Source: Octopus vulgaris | Taxonomy: Eukaryota | DNA: 64,000 nt | Reading direction: 5' to 3' | Assembly: GCA_951406725.2 (NCBI GenBank) | Contig: OX597814.1 | Span: forward strand, 49,848,001-49,912,000 | Shown here: positions 52,351 to 64,000 of the stretch, piece after piece | Layout of the letters: every line of letters starts with the position of its first letter | Numbering within the stretch: the stretch's first letter is position 1 | Position numbers and translations under genes: made by a program | The notes under the pieces: generated by a model | Seen by the model: only the letters and a program-made list of their open reading frames with translations | What the model was told of the DNA's origin: nothing | The model's database searches: none

Positions 52351-53250
52351 TTCCACGAACCGGCCAGCCAAGTGGCGTCTTGTTTGACCAATGCATAGAG
52401 ATGGACAGACAGAGCAGGAAATGCAGATGACGTTGCTAGAAGTGCAGGTTCGTGGAATACCTCCGAGACATCAGACTCGCCCCGGTCTCGCGCCATTTCC
52501 GGTCTACCCTATCATTCGTTACAACACCTGTCTGTATTCGGATTGTTCTTGCAGAGGGGCCATCCGGATTCACGTCTTCGCTGTGAACCGGCATTAATCT
52601 TCTCTCTTCGCTTCTTTGCGCCACATGGCTCAACTCTCCTCCTCTCTCCTCTCTTCCTCTCACGCCTACTTCCTCCCACCACCTCTCCTCTCTTGCTCTG
52701 ACACCTACTTCCTCTCTTCACTTCTACCCACCTTCTCCCTTCAACCCTATCCCTTCATCGTCACCCCTCCCTCGTTACCCCACCCCTACACAATCTAACC
52801 CCACCATCCATTTACATCTCATCACATCCCACCGCATCCGTTAGACCTCCACCCTTGCTTCCCCCACTCTCACCTCCCCCACACCCCAACACCACCACAT
52901 CACACAACACCGCACCACACCACACACGACCACACTACACACCACCATACCACACCACACCAGATCACACCACCCCGCACACTGACCACTTCCCAGCACC
53001 CACACCATCATTCACATAACTACACATGCACACACGCACACGTCACAAGGTCACCAGCCCTCTTTCACACGCACATACACGCTCTCACATACACACGCAC
53101 GCGCACCTTCGATTTGGGATCACCACTACTTTATTATCTCCCTTCCTTCCTAGCTCTCCTGTGTGACCCCTCTGTCGGGCATTCGCCATGGTAGATCGCT
53201 AGCCACGAAACCTTTTTTTTATTTTCTCTCCATGTTTATTTCTGCGTCCC

Positions 53251-53284
53251 TTTCTGTCGAAGAGCGTAGACTCGAAACGTAAAA
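53251..53284 (+). ncRNA. Minimal hammerhead-like motif in PLE 3' UTR (variant core)
   Basis: uuu-CUGUCGA-a-gag(cguaga)cuc-GAAA-cg-UA-aaa. A6 is replaced by U. Confidence 0.5.
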
Positions 53285-53485
53285 GACTTTCTCACTTCCC
53301 GACCGTTGAACTAATACATCCGTTTGTTGTTTACATACCCATCTTCGTCTTTTGCTTTTTGTTTTGTAAATTCTCACTATACACACACACACACACACAC
53401 ACGCATACACACACATATATATATACATACATACATATATAAACATACATACACACACACACACACATGTATGTATGTATGTATG

Positions 53486-53582
<97 letters not shown>

Positions 53583-54430
53583 GTGTGTGTGTGTGTTTAC
53601 ATTTATACATGAGTGTGTGTATACACATATTCACACGTACGCAAAAACGTGTAGGATATCTTTGAAGACGTAAATAATGGCATTTCTGGTCACTATCCAA
53701 TTAGCTAGGCTGTCATTTTTGCGAGGTATTCACTTGGATCTGTTTTTTAAACAAAAGACGCGGGTTGCAGATGGAGTAGAAGCAATTACCGATATTTACT
53801 ACATTCTCAAACTTTTTAATTAGAGTGACTCTCAATTTTATATAACAGATGTCTTCAACGTAGAAATGGAAGTTAAGATACAAACATCTACAGTAAGAAG
53901 ATTCTTTGACAAGTTGTTTTACTCCATTGAGATCTGTATAAGTAAACCTATGATAACAGTCAGTCATTCCAGCAGTGACAATTCTGCTTTAATTCCAGGA
54001 AGTGTATCTAAAACTGCGTTATGTGACGAGTCCTTTCTCTGTTTTAAGACTGTAAGGTTCGTTTTGTCGGAAAACTTGGCTGCTATCGACATGAGGCTCC
54101 TTAGATGTCTCAGCTGATTGACAAGTTGAAAGAAGTGATGATTTAGATGTGTAACCGCCGTAATAAGCCAGTCCTACAGAGTTAGGATGGACAACGCTAT
54201 TTTAAAACGAGAGGATATATCGAACAGGCTCAGGCTCCGCCGATAGGCTGGTGCTGTCGGCAATGCTTGCTTACTTATTCGACTAGTCTCCGCCCCGCAA
54301 ATTTCAGGCATTTTGTCTTTAATAGAAAGGATTATTATTGTTTTACTTCTCAGAGCGCTCGATCTTGTTTGCTCTGGTTGATTCTGTGAAAGCGGAGAGC
54401 AAGCTGTTGTCAGAGGTCGCACAGGGTCTC

Positions 54431-57032
<2,602 letters not shown>

Positions 57033-57113
57033 TACCAAAACAAAACGTGTACATGATAACACTTCCAATAAGTTAAGATGAGAAGCGATGAGAGCCACTG
57101 CCTGGTACTGCAT
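57033..57113 (-). repeat. 5' ~80 nt of element X fused to the LINE
   Basis: Reverse complement atgcagtaccaggcagtggctctcat..ggaagtgttatcatgtaca..ttggta matches 10873-10954. Confidence 0.85.
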
Positions 57114-58355
57114 TATTATCTGTACTAGAAGGTTTTCTTTTTTAGATATTCTAAATAACTCCAACTAAATGAATGCACAGGTGAATGTATAGTCTGAAAA
57201 GAGGTTTATTGATACCAAAACAGATAAAAGAATGTCTAAACAAAGGTTTAGAACAAATTAAAGCCAATCTTTGCCATCAAGAACAATGATACGAACTTAG
57301 TATAAGCAGTTTAAGGAAACCTGAAAGGCAGCTTTTGTTTATAATCTACACAAGTTAATAAGAATTGCACCACGAGAATTACAGCTGTCCTGCGTGACAG
57401 TGGATGATAGCTTGCGTAAAAATCTGAAGATGTCACAAATACTGCAACAAATTACTCAAGAAGATAAGCTGGTACACAAGGATTTGTAATAACTGACTGA
57501 AAGAAACAAGAACTATGATTTCTGGCGGAGAAACACAATATGCACATTTAGAGGTTACAAAATCTATATTGCATGGAAGAACAAATTAAAGACAGTCCTA
57601 AACAGGATATATATATTGTAACCTATCGCATGATCCTATGACTGGACATCTTTTTTGTTGAGTGAATCAACAGTGATTTTTAGTACTATGTAGATACGTT
57701 GCATCATTGTCCATCTAAAACTTAAAGGATTGCAATAGCGCATAGTCTTTCGATAAGATTTCAGATCGCTACGTTCGGCTTTGATCGTCCTTGAATCCTT
57801 AAACAAGACACTTGTAAACAAGATGATGGTGCAATAACGCGTCCGGCGAGATCTCCCGGCACGACAATCTGTGATTTCTTTCTTTGGCGATTCGTCAAAT
57901 ACCTTGAGTAGGATACACGAACGACATTGATGGTTTAAAATCACAGCTGCTTTAAATAAACTACTGTGGGTTCAGTGTAGCATACATTGCAGCATTGCGT
58001 GTAGAAAATAGATGTTTCATGAACCGATAATAGCGCACGGATTGAATGTTTGTGACATTGTATTTTGACAGAAAAAATTTCGATATTACAGATTCTAAAT
58101 AACTTTGTTTAATCCTTTCAGTATACCATCATAAATTTTATTAATAGATAACATGGTATATTAGTGTGATGGTGTGAATCTATGTATGTATGTATGTATG
58201 TATGTATGTATGTATGTATGTATGTATGTATATATATATATATGTATATATATGTGCACTAACATAAACACCCGAGGTTATAGTAAATGATACTCGCCCA
58301 AGTATCACCTGAGACATAATCATAGCCTCTTATGTAATAGGCGAACAAAAATCAG

Positions 58356-58394
<39 letters not shown>

Positions 58395-58397
58395 TAT

Positions 58398-58441
<44 letters not shown>

Positions 58442-58444
58442 TTG

Positions 58445-58523
<79 letters not shown>

Positions 58524-60568
58524 GCGTGTGTGAAAATATCCTTGTTCATACAAGGAAAAGATATGTACATTAATAATTTTAATATTTTGAGAAACTGAGA
58601 AACTGGATTAATGGAAGAGGAAAAAGTGGTGAGAGAAAAATTTGTTCGTGTATGTGTGAGTTTGTGTGCATGTGCATGCGTCTATGTGTGCATGGTTGTG
58701 CTTGTATTATACATACATACATACATACATATACATTAACACACCTATATACACTCACATGTATATGAAGAGGGTGAATGAGAGAGATAATGAGAAGGTT
58801 GTTACTGTATTAGAGAGCATGTGTGTGAAAAGGAGAGGGAAAGAAAGATTGGGAGTGGTTGAAAAGGTTTGATTGTCGTTTAATTAGCTATATAAGATGT
58901 GTTGAAAGACGAGAGTGTCTATATTACCACGTAGTTGTAATTAAACATGCTTATTTTTTTCTTTCAATTAAATTTACATCTGAAATGGATGATGTCAAAA
59001 ATATAAGCCAACGCCAGCTAATGATGTTTTTTTCCTTCGTTTAAATTAATCGAAAGTAGCAAATCAATTAATATAAAAACCAGACAGATAAACATTTAAT
59101 TCGTTGATTAATAACGAAAACATATAATCTGTTTATTAAAAGCTCTTAAATATCTATTTATTTATTTATATCTTTCTAACTTCTTTAATTTTTTTGAAAG
59201 GAAATCACTCTGTAATGTAAAATCATAATGTGATCTAGAAGTATAAATTCGACATTTTAGACAAGAAATATTTATCAGTTCGTGATCAAGAAAGGCGAGG
59301 TGTGGGGTTGAATTAGCAACGTTCATGTATTAGAAAATGTATTAGTGACGAAAGCACATCACACAATCGTTTCTTTATGAGACCAAGATATGATGGTTTC
59401 TTTAGTGGAAGAGGGAAAATGAAGCTGTCACATAAATGCCTTTCTTAAATGCATTAGCACCGTATGAGAAGCGAACGGACTTCGCAGTATAATCGAAAGT
59501 AAGTTGTGGACAGCACTCGTCTTGGGGTTACCTATTTTTCTATGATATCAACTTGTAGGTTTTCTTTATCTCTATACTAGCCCTGACCAACAAGACATAT
59601 GAGTATCGGCAGTCTGACCGTGACCATCCCATCTTTTTTGCATATCAAACATTGCCTATTGAATTCACATTTGTTTTATTGAATTTTAAGATGGTATGGA
59701 GAGATTTGAGGCAAATTTAGCTGCTATTTATAGCAGGTAGAAGATCCACAAAGGGATTTCCTCAGTAAGAGAAACGCAGTGCCTTTTCAAAGGAACAAGA
59801 ACCTACGAGCAAACAAGATAGCCTCTACCTGGTCGTTCGAGTTGCTAAAAATATCAACCAAATCAGCAATATCTTATCAAATCTAAAAAGTAAGGACAGA
59901 ATGGATAAGAATATGCGTTTGCCTCGGCTACAAGGTCCTTAATCAGAGCTCTGTTTAGTCAGGTCTAACCTGGGACAAAACAGTTGCAAGAAAAGACGGT
60001 TAGGTACTATAGATTCTTAGGAAAAGAATAAGTACCACAGGCCGACATTAATCTCGTTCTAAATTGTGGGGTATTGGATTGAATGAAAACACCAATGAAA
60101 ATATAAAAGAATGCCATATAAACGTCATGGTCTTATAGAGAGTCGAGTTGCCAAATCCCATTTCAAATTCTTGCGGAACCATTTTTATATACTTAATGTA
60201 CAATTCATTTTTGAAAGTCTGAAAAACAGTATGGCATTATTCCGGGCTGATGTGCCATAGGCCCGCTATATGAAGGTGAAATCTTTTGTAGGGCGCGGAT
60301 TATTTAGATAAAGTAAACGGGTAGCAGCATTTTTTTTCAAATGGATGTATTATTTAAGGAAACAATTTTATATAACATACGGTATACCTCTCTCTCACTC
60401 TCTCTCTCTCTATTTTCTCTCCCTGTATGAATGTACGCATGTATGAATGGATTGATATATATATATATATATATATATATGTATTTATATATATACATAT
60501 ATATATATACCCGTGTCTATCTATCTATCTACCTATCTACTTATAACACACACTCACACACACACGTA

Positions 60569-60617
<49 letters not shown>

Positions 60618-60998
60618 ACACGCATGAGTGTACATAGGTGTTATTATGTTTATGCATTTCTTTTTATTTACGATAACTTGCGGAAAAAGAATGATAAATC
60701 ATGTTTTTCTCTATTCATCTAATAAAGAATATTGAATTTTTTCGGACATAAATATAAAGAAAAGATAGTAAGAAGATAGAGAAAATATGCAGAAAAAAAA
60801 TTCTATTAATCGGCAAAAACTCTCAAAAGTCTACTCTAGCGAGAAAGTTTCTTTGAAATAAATTGCTTTATAATATTCGGCAGTAACTGCAATAGAAAGT
60901 AAATATATTTGTATGTGCTAGAAAAGACAAGACTGCAAGTGAAAATAGCTTTATGTATAAGTTAGTTAATCAAATCTATTACAAATAAGGCCAATTAT

Positions 60999-61076
<78 letters not shown>

Positions 61077-61199
61077 ACGTGCAGATGGACTTATTCAAAT
61101 ATTCATATACATATGTTTACATGGTTTATATTTATATGTTTATGTCTGTGTTATGTGCAAGCATACTCACACACGTATGTTTGCATAAATGTGCGTATC

Positions 61200-61256
<57 letters not shown>

Positions 61257-61905
61257 TGTTTGTGTGCATAATGTGTTTGCGTTTATTGAGTTACCAAGGG
61301 AGGCGGAAATATTTGGATGTTTTTGATGATGTCTTAAACAGAATTATGGTGGTAATGCTCTTCGGAGTCAAATATACAAATGACAAGGTACGTTGTTCTT
61401 TGACATTTGAAAACTTTGAAAAGGTCATAGCCGCTCCAAGCAGCGAAAAACATAGGGGAATCAAACTTGTGTCACTATAAATATTCGCTTCATCTAGTCG
61501 ATAAATACTGTTAAATGCATACTTTCTAAATACTCTCGATTATATACACACATGTATATGTGTAATAACTTATAGTTGTTCACATTTAAACACATGTACG
61601 TAAATATATTTATGTGTATAAGGTCTCAGCAAGAATGTACACACACTTTAATTTACCGGCGGTCAAGTAATTTTCTTATTATATGTTGTGAGGTGACGAT
61701 TACTGTAGATACAGCGGTAAGTTCCATGTGAAACGAAATAATCGATCAGGATTCGATACTCGCTTGGAAGCAAAATTTATTTCACTTACGTCCCGAACGT
61801 TCTTGATAATCATCATATGAACAGCATACGATCAAACTTTTCTTTTGGAGAGATGTTTGGCTCTGTAACTAAGTCCGAAGTCAGCATATATATATATATA
61901 TACCG

Positions 61906-62089
<184 letters not shown>

Positions 62090-62123
62090 TATACACATAT
62101 ATACATATGTACATATATACATA

Positions 62124-63400
62124 CGGTACAGAAGTCGTTTAAATCACCCCCTTGTTCGGGTTCTTTCTCAAGAGGAACGCAACTAACCCGCCTCTTTTTG
62201 GAAGACTGGACATTCTCCTCCTCTGCTTCCATTTGTAGTAGACATCTGCAAGAAATCCGGAACAGGCTTGGCTTATGAAGATAAAGTTAGAGGGTAGACC
62301 TCCAGCCCTGGCAACATATCTCTTGTATTGTCATCCATCGCTTCCCATATTTCACCAGCTGTCATCAACCTTTCGCAGATCGCGACATCCCTATCCGAGA
62401 GCGGTAGCAAGCTGTCGCGGTAGGTTTAAAGTCCACCTCCATCTTCGCTTCACCGTCCGTCCCCAACAGTAAAATGAAGTGCTATTGAGAAGCCGCACTC
62501 ATCTGCTTGGAATCGAGTAGCAGTCATCCATCCCGATTTGTCAAAGACCAAATTGTGATTGTATAGCCTCGAGGTGCTTCCACCAACTGGGTTCATCGAA
62601 CAGCTTTATTCCCCTCATTCTTACAATCACGCACACCAGCTCTGACAGCAAAATCTTTGTGCTTACCGTAGAAGAATCTATCAAGGGCCAACCTCACCGC
62701 AAGCACGTCAGTCGCAGTACCTTTATTAAGTTTCTCTTGCAAGCTACAAAATAGCCTTCCTATTCACGAATTCGCCTTCATTATTCTCTCACTAAACCTT
62801 ATCAATTCTACTCTAATATCCCATTTCGTTGGTTGTTGACGGTTGCGCCCGACAATTCCCTTGTAACTAGTCCTCTAATCAGGTTTTTGTAAACTTGGCG
62901 CGCAGGGGGAGATGGTGTTGCTGATGCTGCGATGTAGGAATAACTGTTTTTGTTCTTTTATTGCTAGAAGACCAAAAGCCTTTTGTTAGTTAGTACTTCT
63001 ACAAATGTAACACCTGCCCCTCTTACCGTCTACCATAACTCATAGAAGGTCCCCATTCTCTAGGTGAAAGTATTCAGGGATCCATATAATATTTTATGAA
63101 GTGAATAAAATCTGCACTTCTCTTTTTAGAACGGACTAGTTTTGTGCGGGTTGTTCTCGTACTAATGACCTCTTAGTACTCCACCTAGGTCATTCTAAAG
63201 TACTTAATATATTAATTTCAGGTCACATCGCTTAATGTCGCCTTACTTATTTGTTTCTTTGAACGAGATGGTAAGAGTATATACTCCAGACAGGAGCAGC
63301 TGCGTGCGGCTACTTTTATTGCCTATTCTTCGTTATGGCAAGATGCTACCACCGTTGTCTTCATCTTCAAACATACCGTATTGAACTCACAAGCTCTTCA
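62124..63400 (-). pseudogene. Decayed Tx1/L1-like LINE (APE-linker to RT start)
   Basis: LMTAGEIWEAMDD..DMLPGLE and [15 protein letters not shown], similar to the element at ~18560. Confidence 0.55.
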
Positions 63401-63546
63401 TGTGCCTCTCTGTTTATGCTAGTGGAGGGCAATTCTATATTTTCTATTTATAAAAAAAATACTCTACACCAGCATAAACAGAGAAGTGCGTGAAAGGCTT
63501 GAGGGTTCGATACTGTATTTTTCGTCTACATTTTCTGTTTACAGAA

Positions 63547-63815
63547 GGCACATAGCTCAGTGGTTAGAACATCGGGCTTACAATCATGAGGTAGTGAATT
63601 CGATTCCCGGACCGGACTGCGTGTTTTGTTATTGAGCAAGACACTTTATTTCAGGTTGCTCCAGTTCACTCAGCTGGTGTCAAGTTGTATCGGCCTTTGC
63701 TTTTCCCTTGGATAACATCGGTGGCGTTGAGAGAGGAGGCTGGTGTGCATGGGTGACTCCGTGGTCTTCCATAAACAACCTTTCCCAGACTTGTGCCACA
63801 TGACCGACGTGGATC
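63547..63815 (+). mobile_element. tRNA-derived SINE
   Basis: ggcacatagctcagtggttaga (A box) and gaattcgattccc (B box), followed by a body ttgagcaagacactttatttc. Confidence 0.8.
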
Positions 63816-64000
63816 CTTGTTTTTTTCTTTTCTGTTTTCACATCTATAAGTAATAGTTCTAATTTTCTTTTCCACTCCTTTGGATGCACAACTAGCTTCT
63901 GCTCCATGTTGTCAGCCACGTAATTCAATCCAGGTCTGCATTACATTAGCAAATTCATCTTTTTTTGTGTTTATGGTAACAGATGAGTTGCTGTTGTTAT

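Larger units (their letters stand above)
51861..53380. mobile_element. Penelope-like element: two inverted 3' ends with GIY-YIG remnants
   Basis: Minus 52448-52351 reads CTSSNVI-CISCSVCPSLCIGQTRRHLAGRFVE. Plus from 52447 reads FVEYLRDIRL..PVSRHFRS..RLRCEPALIFSLRFFAPHG. Arms 51861-52182 and 52538-52841. Confidence 0.85.

Noticed and set aside
57636-57944. 102-aa minus-strand ORF in non-microsatellite sequence
   Set aside because: No recognisable motif or clear splice structure, so it cannot be supported without a database search.
63547-63620. tRNA gene (also 40360-40435)
   Set aside because: No complete cloverleaf or terminator. The sequence continues into a SINE body.

Overview
AT-rich, microsatellite-saturated eukaryotic DNA. 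It is most likely a cephalopod (Octopus-like), inferred from the tRNA-derived SINE families and repeat landscape rather than from a marker gene. No host protein-coding gene can be supported, and nearly all listed ORFs are microsatellite artefacts. The window is a pile of mobile elements. It holds R4/Dong-like RT plus restriction-like endonuclease (RLE) LINEs stacked in (AAT)n and (TACA)n tracts, RTE and Tx1/L1-like LINE relics, a mariner relic, two non-autonomous Helitrons (one nested in a hAT MITE) and many SINEs. The most notable signal is a set of fold-back (inverted-repeat) elements sitting in (TA)n tracts. Several carry Penelope-type GIY-YIG endonuclease remnants, and several carry minimal type I hammerhead ribozyme motifs (stem I - CUGANGA - stem II - GAAA - short, often palindromic stem III - UH). 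About six apparently unrelated families carry such a motif, and several share a non-canonical base of stem II. All coordinates, translations and folds were read by eye and are approximate.
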